Source of the DNA: Octopus sinensis
Taxonomy: Eukaryota
Assembly: GCF_006345805.1 (NCBI RefSeq)
Contig: NC_043010.1
Coordinates: 8,246,001 to 8,310,000, forward strand
DNA length: 64,000 bases
Reading direction: 5' to 3'
Below are positions 25,149-39,231 of this stretch, in pieces. The first letter of the stretch is position 1, and every line of letters begins with the position of its first letter. The notes under the pieces are model-generated. The model worked only from the letters and a program-made list of their open reading frames with translations. It was not told the origin of the DNA and searched no databases. Position numbers and translations under genes: made by a program.

Positions 25149-26820
25149 TAATAATAATAATAATAATAAGGAACGAATAAAAGGTCATATTTGAACAACC
25201 ACAGAACAAGTGGTAATTGTCTGTTATTTAACACTGCCCAAATTTGACCCAAGGGAAAATTATTTTGGCATAAATTTTACTGTGCAATGTTTATTTGAAC
25301 TCCCTTAAGTAGAAAAACCAATGAAACATATTTTCTCAGAGCCAAAAATCAGAATTTCCTACTCTGCTGTGCAAATAAAATAAATAAATAAATATATAAC
25401 ATAAATGGGCAAATAAACAAAAGGCTGCTGCCTAAATAACTGACAGAAAAACTCTGATATTTCTTCATCTTTTAGGATTTGAAAATCATAGTCAAAAATT
25501 CTAAATTTAAAGATTAGACATTTGTAGTTGTTATTGTTGTTGTTTGTATTTCTGTTCTATACATTTCTGATTTTCATCTACTGAAAAATAACATCGACTT
25601 CACTCTTCCATTTTCTTTCCTTCCTTCCTTTATTTTTTTTTTCTTCATTCTGCTTCCTTTTATTCATTCACTTATTTATTTTTTTTTTTTCTCTGGAACC
25701 ATTATCTGTACTACTGATAAGAAATATGATTTATCACTCCACATGAATTATTGACCAGCATCTCTAAAACTGGATAGAGTAGTTATAAACGTAAACTTGA
25801 TAAATGACTTCATTCGGAATTGTTATCATTAGCATCTGAAGCAGCCACATCAGATGATAGATCCCTCACAAAACCAAAAACTACTTCAACAAATCTCAGA
25901 TTTAGCTTGCAACAAAGTCCTCATTAATTTTGCAAATCTCATAAGCTATGCTCTTTCTCTTTCTTTGTGCTACAAATCTCAGTATGATTAGGTTTACCTC
26001 AGGTAGGAAAATACAGCCTCACATCCTCTTTCATATATCATATACAAAACAAAACCTCAACCTAAAATATTGCCAATTTTCCTTTTTTTTTTTTTTCATT
26101 TTAGAAACTAATATTGATCACTTTATGTTATGCAATATTTTTCAAAATCTGTTTTTCTTTTAGTCAAACTATACTAATATAAGAGAGAGAAAACCAATTA
26201 TTTCTTAATATTTTTCTCATGCATACACAGCACATACTCTTCAATTAGATATTAATTTGGAAATTATATTATTTTTCCTTTCTCTTCAGGAATTCAATTT
26301 GTATGGCAGGACAATCCTATAATCTTTTAGAAGACAAACAATGTTACTGCTCTATCTTGGTCTAGACACATTGTTTCATTGACAGTTTTGTAACAAATCA
26401 ATATTAATATACTGATGAACAGAATGTGTTTCTAATTGCAACTGAACTCGTTTTCTCTTGAAGTTCAGTGCTATGGCAATATGGTTATGATGACATCTAA
26501 ATGGTGGGGTATGATGTGGTGAGACCAACTTGGTTTCTCTATTTTATATGAAATTCGTCTCTGGTAACGTGTTAGTAGTAAAATGAAATTAAATTCCGCT
26601 TCAGATAGCTTGTTTAACATTAATGGAATTTAAATAAAGTCTAGAAATGGCTACAAATTAATTTTATATTGTGTTGTAAAATAACAAAATAACTACTTCC
26701 AATTTGAGTGGAAGACTTAATGACTAATTTTTAGCTACGTTTACATTTTATTAATGCTTGTGTGTGTGTTTGCGTCTGTTTACATATGTGTACATGTGGA
26801 TATGTGCATGTGCGAGTGGT

Positions 26821-27207
26821 GGAAGCACTCCGTCGGTCACGACGACGAGGGTCCCGGTTGATCCGAATCAACGGAACAGCCTGCTCGTGAAATTAACGTG
26901 TAAGTGGCTGAGCACTCCACAGACACGTGTACCCTTAACGTAGTTCTCGGGGATATTCAGCATGACACAGAGAGTGACAAGGCCGGCCCCTTGAAATACA
27001 GGTACTACAGAAACGGAAAAAAAAAAAGTGAAAGAGAAGTTGTGGTGAAAGAGTACAGCAGGATCACCACCATCCCCTGCTGGAGCCTCGTGGAACTTTT
27101 AGGTGTTTTTGCTCAATAAACACTCACAACATCCGGTCTGGGAATCGAAACCGCGATCCTATGACTGCAAGTCCGCTGCCCTAACCACTGGGCCATTGCG
27201 CCTCCAC
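26821..27207 (-). mobile_element. SINE family D variant (tRNA head + core 2 + tail X)
   Basis: Minus strand GTGGAGGCGCAATGGCCCAGTGGTTAGGGCAGC...GGTTTCGATTCCC head; tail closely similar to that of 6708-6890; central part differs. Confidence 0.85.
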
Positions 27208-27479
27208 ATGTGGGAGTAGGTGATGTGTTTCTACTCTTTCTCCAATAGGCATTTAGTGGCCCTCATCTACTTCCATGTTATAAAAATACATATAAAACCT
27301 TATAATACAAAAACGTGCATATTACAGATCTTAATCATTTGCCCTTAGACCAGTAGAACAACTGTGTATTGGAGACATTTATTGTTGTTACTGCAGCTAC
27401 TGATGTTGTTGTTGTTGTTGTTGTTGTTGTCAGTTGTCTATGTTTAATTACATAAATACATTAAATCAGTGAGAAAGTA

Positions 27480-27670
27480 ACATTTGATCACTTGAGCCAC
27501 AAGAAATAGTCACCAAATCTTCCTCAAATTACACCCCACTTAGAAAAGGTTATGTTAGACAATAGGATCCTAGTTTTTTCTGAACATCGGAAAAATACAT
27601 CAGGAAAATACAGGGCAGGAATGCTTTTGATCACAGGTAGGTCTGATTGATTAGGGATGAACTGGGAATA
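27480..27670 (+). mobile_element. Old interspersed repeat (related fragments at ~28655-28745, 29370-29490, 38990-39066)
   Basis: Shared degenerate AGAAATAG(T/C)(C/A)(A/G)CCAAATC and CTTTGATCA(C/T)AG motifs. Confidence 0.4.
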
Positions 27671-27673
27671 ATT

Positions 27674-27710
<37 letters not shown>

Positions 27711-28073
27711 GCAGCACATGTCAACAGATTAGTGTCTTGTGATTTGGGGACAACAGGTCTTTTCAATTCTCAAGAACTTTACAAAATATCCTTGCAGTAT
27801 AAATAAATGATGGCAGTTTTCCATCTCTCCTCTAGCCTAAACACAATTTCAAAACTCTCAATTGTCTAAATGGCTGTGCAGGTCCTGTTCTCAATGCTTC
27901 AGTTCTGTGACAAAAAGACTAATATTTTATGTAACTACATTCATTTATAAGCATACATTTATGATGGTATGCTGTCTTTATATCCAGATAGTGAGCATGC
28001 ATGATTTCCTACTTTTCTTGAATGTAACAGAAATTTTGTCCAGTGAGCTAAAGATTCTACCAGCTTGCCACCT

Positions 28074-28137
<64 letters not shown>

Positions 28138-28164
28138 CAACAACAACAATAATGATAATAATCC

Positions 28165-28370
28165 TTTCTAATTTTGGCACAGGGCCTGAAATTTTGAGGA
28201 AGGGAAATAGTTGATTACATCGACCCTAGTGCATAACTGTTCTTATTTCATCAACCCCAGTGCGTAACTGGTACTTATTTCATCGCCCCCCCCTCCCCCC
28301 GCCAAAAAAAAAGGATGAAAAGCAAAGTCGACCTTGGCAGAATTTGAACCCAAAACATAAGGATGAATAA
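28165..28370 (-). mobile_element. SINE B copy with (ATT)n tail
   Basis: ATCGACCCTAGTGC...AACTGGTACTT...GGATGAAAAGCAAAGTCGACCTTGGCAGAATTTGAAC. Confidence 0.75.
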
Positions 28371-28887
28371 AATGCATTCAGGCGACTTGCGACCTTAAAT
28401 AATAATAATAATAATGATGATGAAAACAACAACAACAACAATAGTTTCTGTCATAGAATCAAAGTAAACAGTCCAGGGAGTTGAGTATATTGGCTTTTGT
28501 ACTTTTAAACTGATGATTATTTTCATCAAGCTTCCAAGTGTGAAATACGAAGTTGGCACCAGCAAAATTTAAACCCAGAATGTAAAGAGAGGTAAACTTG
28601 ATCACCAATTAATAAACACTACCTATGTTAACTTTTCTCATGGAGTAGTGGCCTATATGCAGCCACTCAACTTGTTAGAAATGGGAGCCATATTGCTTTC
28701 AAATCATTTCTTACCATCATGTAAAGGAAGGGCACTTTGGATAATAGCCCAAGTTATCTCTTAACGAAGAAAAAGGTTGGGTATGGTTGGATTAGAGATC
28801 TTATGGTCTGTATGATTATGGCTTATCATCTGCAGAATAACAATAGCAACAACAATTACTCAAATCAACGATGGTAACCTAATATAA

Positions 28888-29301
28888 TCTTTTACTCTTT
28901 TACTTGTTTCAGTCATTTGACTGCGGCCATGCTGGAGCACCGCCTTTAGTCGAGCAAATCAACCCCGGGACTTATTCTTTGTAAGCCCAGTACTTATTCT
29001 ATCAGTCTCTGTTTGCCGAACCGCTAAGTGACGGGGACGTAAACACACCAGCATCGGTTGTCAAGCAATGCTAGAGGGACAAACACAGACACACAAACAT
29101 ATACATACACATACATACATATATATACATATATACGACAGGCTTCTTTCAGTTTCCGTCTACCAAATCCACTCACAAGGCATTGGTCGGCCCGGGGCTA
29201 TAGCAGAAGACACTTGCCCAAGATGCCACACGGCGGCGGGACTGAACCCAGAACCATGTGGTTGGTAGGCAAGTTACTTACCACACAGCCACTCCTGCGC
29301 C
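28888..29301 (-). mobile_element. SINE A young full-length copy
   Basis: Complete head to tail. Confidence 0.92.
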
Positions 29302-29899
29302 AAGTAATATGGTTACTTGATTTGTTAAAAACACGGACCAAATTTCTCTGAATTTATACCTTGCTTCCTGAAATAAGCCACTAACGCATTAGATAATGTA
29401 TCCCTAGATACCTAGATGCGCTATAGCTGGGAAAACAGAAAGACAATGGTCACAGATGGAGAGCCTTTGATCATAGACCACATTGATGAATCATCTCTGT
29501 TCTTACTCACACTACTACATGCACTTCAGCATACATAGATGAAATGATACACACACACACACACACACAACACACATGCACCCACCACCACACACATCTT
29601 TTATTAAACTTTTAATACTTTTGATATTTATATATTAAAAAAAATATATATATAAAAAAATATTTAAAAAATAAAATAAAAATAAATAAATTAATTAATT
29701 AAACAAAATAATATATAAATTAAAAATATACATACATATATATATATATATATATTTGTATATATATATTTAAAATTTATAATTTTAAATTATTTGAATA
29801 ATTTTTTAATTTTTAACTTTTATATTTTAAATTAATTTTATGTATTGCTTATGTTTTTCACTGTTTGATTTGCCTAATAGTGGTTTAATCTCTAATTTA

Positions 29900-29975
29900 A
29901 TATAATATATATTATATATATTATATATATATAATATATATATATATATAGATATAATATATATATTATATATAT

Positions 29976-30046
<71 letters not shown>

Positions 30047-30159
30047 TATTATATATAATATAATATATATATATATATAATATATACTATATATATATAT
30101 ATTAATTATTATAAAATATATATATATATTATATATATAATAATATATATATATATATA

Positions 30160-30203
<44 letters not shown>

Positions 30204-30259
30204 ATATAATATATATATATATATATATAATATATAGATATATATAATATATATATTAT

Positions 30260-30290
<31 letters not shown>

Positions 30291-30368
30291 ATATATATAT
30301 TATTATAATTATAATATTATATTATATATATATATAATATATATATATATATTATATATATAATATAT

Positions 30369-30400
<32 letters not shown>

Positions 30401-30525
30401 ATATATATATATATATTATATATATTAATATATATATATAATATATATATATAATATATAATATATTATATAATTATATATAATTATATATATATATATA
30501 TATATAATATATATATATATATATC

Positions 30526-30579
<54 letters not shown>

Positions 30580-30590
30580 CTATGTATATA
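29900..30590. repeat. ~700-bp degenerate (TA)n array
   Basis: Direct sequence; almost purely A/T. Confidence 0.97.
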
Positions 30591-30798
30591 TACTATGTAT
30601 GAGTGTGTATGCATATATTTGTACACATGTTTATTGAAAGAGTAAGAATTTTGAATGCGTAAATAATCAAAATATTGGTTATGGTATTTTCATATATATT
30701 GTTATTGTAATTGTTTTGCATAAATGTAACTCTGTATTCCAAAGCATGTTTTTGGAAAGAGTTTTATGTAAGGGGGTAGCATGCATGAAGCTCTGTGT

Positions 30799-30836
<38 letters not shown>

Positions 30837-31602
30837 ATGTGTGTGTGTGTGAGGGGTGGTAGGAGGATTAGTGTGCAGGGAACAAAATAAAAAAAAAATA
30901 TCGGTAGTCAAGAGTATTGAAATAACAGAGCAAAAATTGCTATTGGTCATTCAAAAACAAATGAACGGCAGGGGGGTGGAGTGCGAGAATGAACATTGTA
31001 GAGAAATTATGAATAGCAACTGTTTTGAAGTGAGCAGGAATCTGGAGAGACTAATATAGCTTCTGGGCTTTTCATTTCAGCTTGGAAAAATAATGGACTG
31101 CTTCTTCATTCACACGAGTCGTGTGCAGGGGAAGTAAAGTAAACACATACACACAAAAAGCAGCCAAATATGAAAAGAGTAAAACTTGGAATAATAACTA
31201 TAAAGAGTTAGTGAGAATAATAACCATAAAAATATCGGTGCAGGGGATGCAAAATAAACATAAACTAGCAATAGTCCAGCTGAGGACTACAGCTGTTTGA
31301 GTCAATAAAGTGTTGACCTATTAGCCCAAGGGCGGATAATTTTTATCCTTTCATTAAGGGCTGTGTTGTCTCTTGCAAATAAACACACTTAACTCTCAAA
31401 GGCCCTATTTATTATAGCTGTTATTTTTTTTGGTTCGTATATTGTTGTTTATTATGAGTATTTTCTTTTTGGGGGGGGCTTTTTATAATTGATTCTGCAT
31501 AATTCCCTACCCATTAATTTTTGTAAAGTCTTCGTCAGGTTTCTTTTTCTGTTGCCCTTGTGGTAAACAACGACATTATTGTTGTTGTTGTTATTATTAT
31601 TA

Positions 31603-31815
31603 GGCAAGCTGGCAGAGTCGCTAGCATGCCGGGTGAAAAACACAGCGGTATTTCTTCTACCATTACATTCTAAGTTCAAATTCCGGCGAGGTCCACTTTG
31701 CCTTGCATCCTTTCGGGGTTGATAAATTAAGTACCAGTGAAACACTGGGTTCAATGTAATCGACTAGTCCCATCCCCCACAATTTCAGGCCTTGTGCCTA
31801 TAGTAGAAAGGATTA
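31603..31815 (+). mobile_element. SINE B copy with (ATT)n tail
   Basis: GGCAAGCTGGCAGAGTCGCTAGC head; GCCTTGCATCCTTTCGGGGTTGATAAATTAAGTACCAG centre; GGCCTTGTGCCTATAGTAGAAAGGATTATT tail. Confidence 0.85.
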
Positions 31816-31818
31816 TTA

Positions 31819-31873
<55 letters not shown>

Positions 31874-31971
31874 TATTATTATTATTATCACTAAATCGTC
31901 CAACCCATGTCAGCATGGAAAGCAGACGTTAGACGATGATGATGAGGATGATGATGGTAATGATTATTTCA

Positions 31972-32024
<53 letters not shown>

Positions 32025-32639
32025 AGTAGTAGTAGTAGTAGTAGTTTTATTGTGTTACTTCACAGAATAAAATGCATGGGGGATATGCAGTGTACTTTGT
32101 TTTTGTGAATGTTTCCAGTGTGAAGTGTTCTATTGAAAAAATTCTCTATATAATACTTGCACATTAATGCTAGTATTGCTACTTTTTTTTCTGTTATGTA
32201 TAGATGTAAGTCCTGGGATTTGGCTTTCATATTCTCTTTTCTATTCCATTGAAGCTACTCAACACAAAATGTGTGTAGGGCATAGTAGTACTATTTTTTG
32301 TGTTTCATACACATATTACAATTTATTTTATGTAATTCATGAGAAAAAAAACAGTGCCCATGTCCATATACTCTTGCAGGTGGGAGATAGGAATATATTC
32401 TCAACTGTAGACTGGGAACCAAGTACTTGCAACAGAGTGGATCCTCACAAAGTTACCCAAGGTGGCAGGTGGCGACGTTTAACCAAGTGAGGGGTTAACT
32501 CTACAACCAAAATAGACAATTGCTAAATTTGAATTCAGAGAATAAAGGAAAAAAATAAACATCTCAACTTATCTGGTTTCAGGCTCTTAGAGTTCTGCTA
32601 ACCCACTCCACTGAACAAATATCGTTTTATCAACAACCA

Positions 32640-33044
32640 CGCAGGAGTGGCTGTGTGGTAAGTAGCTTGCTTACCAACCACATGGTTCTGGCTTCAGTCC
32701 AACTGCGTGGCACCTTGGGCAAGTGTCTTCTACTATAGCCTCGGGCCGACCAAGGCCTTGTGAGTGGATTTGGTAGATGGAAACTGAAAGAAGCCCGTCG
32801 TATATATGTATATATATGTGTGCGTGTATGTTTGTGTGTCTGTGTCTGTCCCCCTAGCATTACTTGACAACCGATGCTGGTGTTTTTATATCCCCGTTAC
32901 TTAGCGGTTCGGCAAAACAGACCAATAGAATAAGTACTGGGCTTACAAAGAATAAGTCTCGGGGTCGAGTTGCTCGACTAAAGGCGGTGCTCCAGCATGG
33001 CTGCAGTTAAATGACTGAAACAAGTAAAACAGAAAGTAAAAGAG
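32640..33044 (+). mobile_element. SINE A young full-length copy
   Basis: Complete head to tail. Confidence 0.92.
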
Positions 33045-33349
33045 AAAACACTGAATCTATGACAGCCTAGATTGACTTCAGCAGGATTTCAACTTGTCAT
33101 AGGATTTGTGTATTTTTCATCGAAGGATTCTAATATGTGTGCAGTGCTGAGTGACATGATTTTTGCATATAACATATATGTTTAACTTTTCTGATTTCAC
33201 TTATGCAGAACTAGTAAGGTGGTAGATAAAATGTTTTATTGTAATTAATTCTGACCCTCAAGTTTCTGAGTTCAAGTCCAGCCATGATTGATTGTTTTGC
33301 TTTTCATCCTTCTGGAGCCAAACTAAAATACTGACCAAATACTCTAAAT

Positions 33350-33870
33350 TTTCCAGTCAACACTGACAGAACGATCCAGGATAATTTACCAGACATAGTC
33401 ATTAGAGACAGAGAAGAAAATATTTGTAGACTAAAAGATGTAAGTGTTCTCACTGATAACAATGTATCTGTAAAGGAATTTGACAAATTAAGTAAATATA
33501 AGGACCTGGAAATTGAAATACAAAAGATGTGGCATCTTAAAGTGAGAACTGTTCCTGTTATTGTGGGTGCCCTTGGTATGATAAGAAAGGGATGTCAGAA
33601 ACATGTAGATAATATCCCAGGAGAATAATGTCTCAGAGAAATCCAAAAGATTATGCTGATAAGTACTGCCCACATCCTTAGAAAAACCCTATCAGTTTAA
33701 AAGTATGTGTTGTATTACATGAACATATTTCACTACAGTCCCTGCCACTTACCCTCTCCAAGCTTTCAGTCATGCTGTAACATCTCTTATTCTTCACTTG
33801 CCCTAGGATGCTAGGTGTGTCTCGGTAAGTGATTGTAACAAACATGCAGATTAAAAGTAAATAATAATAA
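33350..33870 (+). mobile_element. R4/Dong-clade non-LTR retrotransposon 3' end (restriction-like endonuclease)
   Basis: FPVNTDRTIQDNLPDIVIRDREENICRLKDVSV...KEFDKLSKYKDLEIEIQKMWHLKVRTVPVIVGALGMIRKG (PD..D RLE motif), one internal stop, then a 3' UTR and (AAT)n tail. Confidence 0.88.
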
Positions 33871-33873
33871 TAT

Positions 33874-34925
33874 CAAGAGAATTCAGAGAGTGCAAACCTC
33901 TGCCAAAGGCAACACTAACATCCACTCAACGATTGCCCAGAGATGATTTTTAAAACGAGAATATCTGAAATAAACTCGACTGCTCTCACAAACGAGAATA
34001 CTGAAAATGAACCTGACTGCTTACAAAAATTAAGTAAAAAAACAGGAAAAATAATCCAGAATCCTTGTCTGGTACCTGACTGATCCCAAAGGCTGTCATG
34101 GAATGTGAAGATGGGTGTAATACTGTGTGTGTGTGTGCCATCTGCAGTGGGAACAGGGACAGTTTTCTCTATGAAGGCCTTTTTTAGTCTAACCACTGAT
34201 ATAGTGTCTTTACAACCATTAAGGTCTATTGTGAAAAATTTATCTGTATAGGAAAGAAAACAGGAAGGACCTGCATATGTTACCATTAATGGAGGTTTAA
34301 CAACATCATTGCGGACAAAAACTTGAGTCCAAGAAGCAAAGCTTTCTTCAAGGCAAAGCTACAAATGCAATTCTCAAGTAAGTAAGAAGTTTTAAGCAAG
34401 AGTGATATATTCAAAATTGGTAAAATTAAAAATTGTCGAAGATAAATTAAATTAATAATTGTTACTGAATATGTTAGTGTTATTTAATTTCTGAACGGTT
34501 TTGCTGCCGCAATTTGTATATATAGTTTGATTTCTTTATCCATCAGTTTCTACTAAGATAGAGATGCAAGTAAAATTAAAAATTGAGAAACGAAAATAAA
34601 ACTTTGGAAACAGCAATGCCACAATAACTTACATGGAAACCATAAACATAATTTCAAGGGAGATAATCAGATAAAAGACTTGGAAATGAAAGTAAGATCA
34701 TAATACTTCATGTAAAGTAAAATTGATATAACAAATAATCCGGAATCTTTGTCTTGTACTGGATTGATCCCAAAATCTAATCAGTTCATGTGAATTATGA
34801 GACCAAACATCCCTGAAAGTTTCATCCGAATCTATCCAATGGTTCTTGAGATATCTTGTCCATGGACAAACAAACAAACAAACAAACACGACTGAAAACA
34901 ATACTCGTGTCTTCACTAAGGCAGA

Positions 34926-34930
<5 letters not shown>
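33874..34930 (+). mobile_element. Helentron-associated non-autonomous element (5' and 3' parts) with internal foreign DNA
   Basis: Subterminal inverted repeats ACCTCTGCC (33896-33904) / GGCAGAGGT (34920-34928), (AAAC)n near the 3' end, AAGTTTCATCCGAATC; duplicated AATAATCC(A/G)GAATC block at ~34050 and ~34735. Confidence 0.6.
34168..34331 (-). mobile_element. Gypsy LTR-retrotransposon integrase C-terminal fragment
   Basis: WTQVFVRNDVVKPPLMVTYAGPSCFLSYTDKFFTIDLNGCKDTISVVRLKKAF matches the GPY/F module (HVFVR.D....PL...Y.GP......DK.F.I..NG..DT.S.DRLK.A). Confidence 0.8.
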
Positions 34931-34978
<48 letters not shown>

Positions 34979-35271
34979 TAATAATAATACTTGAGCCTCA
35001 CAATGCCTGGCATAAAGTCATTCCCCCCTTTGCTGCAATCCCAGCTGTTGGAGGGGTTAAGTGGAGAGCTTTTCACTTTCGTTTGTCTTGAAAGCTACTC
35101 GGAAGTGGATTCTATTAAGAATCTACTTTTTACTTTGTTTTGCAAGTTACTTGAAGAGCTCACTGGTGCCTTTCTCACTCTGTAAAGTGGTTGGCTGTTT
35201 ATAAGGGCATCCAGCAGTAGAAACCATGCTAAAGTAGACACGGGAGCTTGACACAGTTCTCAGACTTATTA

Positions 35272-35775
35272 ATAATAATAATAAAACATTGTGTACAGTG
35301 CTCAGGTGCACTACAACTCATCTAAAGTGTATGTATAATCAGGTGTAGTTTCGGCGAATTTCGGAAAGCATGAGGGCCTTAAAGGATGCAGTGTCATGGC
35401 AGTCGACAACTGACGCAGGCAGTTTATTCCATGCTTCAGCAACTCTGAGCGTGAAAAAATGTTTCCGAAAGTCATGGGAGCTGTGTTGTTTTCTGACTTT
35501 GTAGGCATGTCCACGTGTGTTAGACACATGGAGATCAAAAAGGTGTTCAGTGTTGTTGTTGGTGAGGTGGTTGATAACTTTGTGGGTGTTTACCAAGTCC
35601 GTCGCCAGACGCCGGAGCTTCAGTGAATCCATGCCCAGGGAAACAGGGCGCTCAGAGTATGGTAGGTGTCTGATGGAGGGTATGCGTTTGGTTGCACATC
35701 TCTGGACAGATTCCAGGAGGTCAATGTTCTGAGCAAGATAGGGGTTCCAAACTGATGATGCGAATTTGTTGGCTC
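35272..35775 (-). mobile_element. CR1-clade LINE 3' end
   Basis: ASSVWNPYLAQNIDLLESVQRCATKRIPSIRHLPYSER...TRGHAYKV...FFTLRVAEAWNKLP; short 3' UTR and (ATT)n tail. Confidence 0.92.
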
Positions 35776-36706
35776 TTGTTAAGTGATTGCAACTCGTGCC
35801 AGCTTGGAAGATGAATGTAAAATGATGATCATAATGACGACAACAATGATAATGATGATGATGATGATGATGACAATGATGATGATGACAGCAGTGATGA
35901 TGATGACAGCAGTGATGATGATGATTGTGATGTTGTATATGCAAGGAACCCAATTCATATCAGCCAATGTATCCATTGTTAGACGATAAGTGAGTTTCAT
36001 GGAAGGTTTTCAGCAGTTATTTCTAGCAGTTCAAGTACAGTATCCACATAGAGATCCTATGTGGACACTATTTATCATAAAGGTGGTAAAGTGTTGGAAA
36101 TATTAAAGTAACAGAGAGCTATCATGGGAGGTGCAGTTCACATTGATAAACTACAGAGATGTAGTACTATATAACAAAATAGGAAATTTTATGCTATATA
36201 TTTATTTTATGTAATTTTATATCACATTTTCTGAACAATAGCATCATTGGTTATAGGTTTCCAACAGACCAATCCCTGGTTCACTGCATTTGATGATAGT
36301 AAGGATGACAAGGAAATGTCTGTGCAATACAGGCGAAGCAAATATCAGAACATAATGTAATTTTGATTGAAAGCACCAGTTTAGTGATTTTTTTTTCTTC
36401 TCCCTGAAACCATGTAGCTACAAAACACAGTTCTTAACCACGCAGCCATGCCTGTGACCTGACCAAATGTTAGCTAGCATCACTCACTTCAAACCCTTCA
36501 AGTTACAAAACAATCACCCTATCCTCAGTTATCTAGGTGTCATGAAGAAAGAAATCATCTTCAAAGCTTTGCTGTCACTATCTTTAACTTCTACTTCACT
36601 TTCATGATGTATAACAGAATAATTCTGTTTTATCATGGGAGTTGTAGCAGATAAACTAATCTTTCTGCCAAAGGGAAGTATCAGTGAGTAGTGTATGCAT
36701 GTGTGT

Positions 36707-36900
36707 AAGAGAGAGAGAGATAGAGAGGAAGGAGAGAGAGAGAGAGGAAGGAGAGAGAGAGAGAAAGAGGAGAGGAAGAAGAGAGAGAAAGAGAGGGAGA
36801 GGAAGGAGAGAGAGAGAGAGAAGGAGAGGAAGAGAGGGAGAGGAAGGAGAGAGGGAGAGAAAGAGGAAGGAGAGAGAGAGATGGGGAGAGAAGAAAGAGA
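36707..36900. repeat. Polypurine (GA/GGA)n tract followed by (GT)n
   Basis: Direct sequence. Confidence 0.95.
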
Positions 36901-37132
36901 TAAATTTGTGTGTGTGTGTATGTTTGTAAGTGTGTGTGTGTGTATGTGTGTATGCGTGTGTGTGTGTGTGTATGTGTGTGTGTGCGTGCGTGTATCAGTT
37001 TATTTGTGCATTTGTCAATGTTTATGCTTCAGCAGAAACAGTGAACACAAGAAAGAATTGTTGTTTAAATCTATGAGCTTTGAAATAATTGTAGGATGTT
37101 CATATATATATATATATAATATATATATATAC

Positions 37133-37198
<66 letters not shown>

Positions 37199-37261
37199 TA
37201 TATATACATATATATACATACATATATATATATATAATATATATATATAATATATATATAT

Positions 37262-37317
<56 letters not shown>

Positions 37318-38369
37318 CACATATATATACATATATATATATAATATATTTGTATATATTTGTATATATATATATGTATACATACACACATATATATATA
37401 TTTATATATATGTATATATATATAACTCCAGATGTATATATTATAGGTGTATGTGTATGTATATATATGCACACACACACACACACATACACACACGCAT
37501 ACAGATATGTGCATATGCATGCACACACACACATATATTGTATGTTTGTGTGTTTAATTTAAGACTTCAACAAATATACTGAAACTCGAGAATCATAAAA
37601 ACAAAAGAGTAAATTCATACTCCACCACGTTTTCAAGTTATAATTAAGAGTTAATTAGCTAGAAAATATGTAAAGAACACACAAACTGAAATATAGCTCT
37701 TTAATTTGGAATATATACACACCTACAGTCATCGCATAACACTTCCTTTCATGTACTCTCACCCACATACATAATTTCATATTTCGCACATACACACACA
37801 AACACATTCACACACATATTTATGAACAGACATAAGCCAAGACATATCTACACAAACAAACACACACACACACACACACGCACACACACTCATGATTAAT
37901 TTGGAATGGTTCTTAAATAATATTTGAGATATTGCTTCAAAGATAACCATGTTTTTTTAATACCAAAGCTTGTATTTATCTGAACATGGTTCAAATATGA
38001 AGAACAATCTAATTTTACATTGTTTATGATATGTTCAAGGACAGTAAAAAGGAACTTTGCTATTACCAGGGCCTAAGGTGGTAAGCTGAGATTTATTAGA
38101 AAGGTGGGCAAAATACTTATGGGCATTTTGTCCGTCTTCATGCTTTGAGTTCAAATTCCACCAAGGTTGACTTTGCCTTTCATACTTTTGTGGTTGATTA
38201 ATTAAGCACCAGTCAATGTAATTGACTTGTTCCCTCCTTCAAATTTGTTTGTGCCAGAATTTGAAACCATTTTTAGCAGGGTCTATAAGATCAAGGAAGG
38301 ATTACTGTTGGGATATGTGTTCAGAACCCAGGGAGCCAAAGGAGGGACCAAAAAATATCTGCTGGATCC

Positions 38370-38835
38370 CTCTAGACAAAGAAAAAAAAATCGAGGCAAA
38401 CAATGTGGTTTTGAGTTCAGTTCAAATGTGAAACAGTTTTGGGCAGTGTCTTCTCCTACAGTTTTGGGTGGACCAATGTCTTGTGGGTGGATTTGGTGGC
38501 TAGAAACTATCTGAAAGCTCATTGTACACACACAGACACACACATAGATATATGTATAATACACACTCTTGCCCACACACACATACACACCTGCATACAC
38601 ACACAAAGACATGTATATACGTGTATGTGTGTGTCTTTGTGTTTGTCTTCTCTACCTTTCTGTGTAGCAACTGGTGTTGGTTTGTTTACCTTGTCATAAC
38701 TTAGCGTTTCAATAATAGGGGTTGACTGAAGAAGCGCCAAGCATAAAAATAATTACTAGGGTCAATTTGTTTAACTAAAATCTTCAAAGCAGTATCCCAG
38801 CATGCCTACAGTCCAATGATTGAAACAAGTAAAAG
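38370..38835 (+). mobile_element. Old SINE A copy
   Basis: Degenerate core (TTTGGGCAGTGTCTTCTCCTACAG) and tail (CCCAGCATGCCTACAGTCCAATGATTGAAACAAGTAAAAGA). Confidence 0.7.
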
Positions 38836-39231
38836 ATAAAAATACAAAAAATAATTGCCTTTGGAATCCCTAATAGCAGCCTTGTTCTGCTTTGTAAAAT
38901 TTCTCTTTGTGGCTCTGGTTATCAGTAGTCATAATACTTGAGAATTTTGGAGCAAGTGACATAGATTTAATCCTAAGTAATGCAGAATGAGCAGGTCTGT
39001 TTGTGCTCACTCAAGCTATAAGAAATAGCAGCCAAATCTTTATCAGATCACACCTTGTCATCTTTAAAACACACACACACACAAATAAAAGACACATTTG
39101 TTTATGAAAACACCAGACACACCTAAAATGTGACAGGAAGGATGGTCATTGCTGGAACATCTTTGATTATAGTCTTGTTTTAACAAGTTTGACCAAGGGC
39201 TAAACAGCAAGAACAACAAAATAGGACAAAA

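Noticed and set aside
27140-27207. tRNA-like sequences (also the heads of SINE A, B and D)
   Set aside because: A/B-box-like heads run directly into SINE bodies and I could not fold a complete cloverleaf; not called as tRNA genes.
35780-35953. His/Cys-rich N-terminus of the 204-aa ORF
   Set aside because: It is a (GAT)n microsatellite fortuitously in frame with the CR1 RT fragment.
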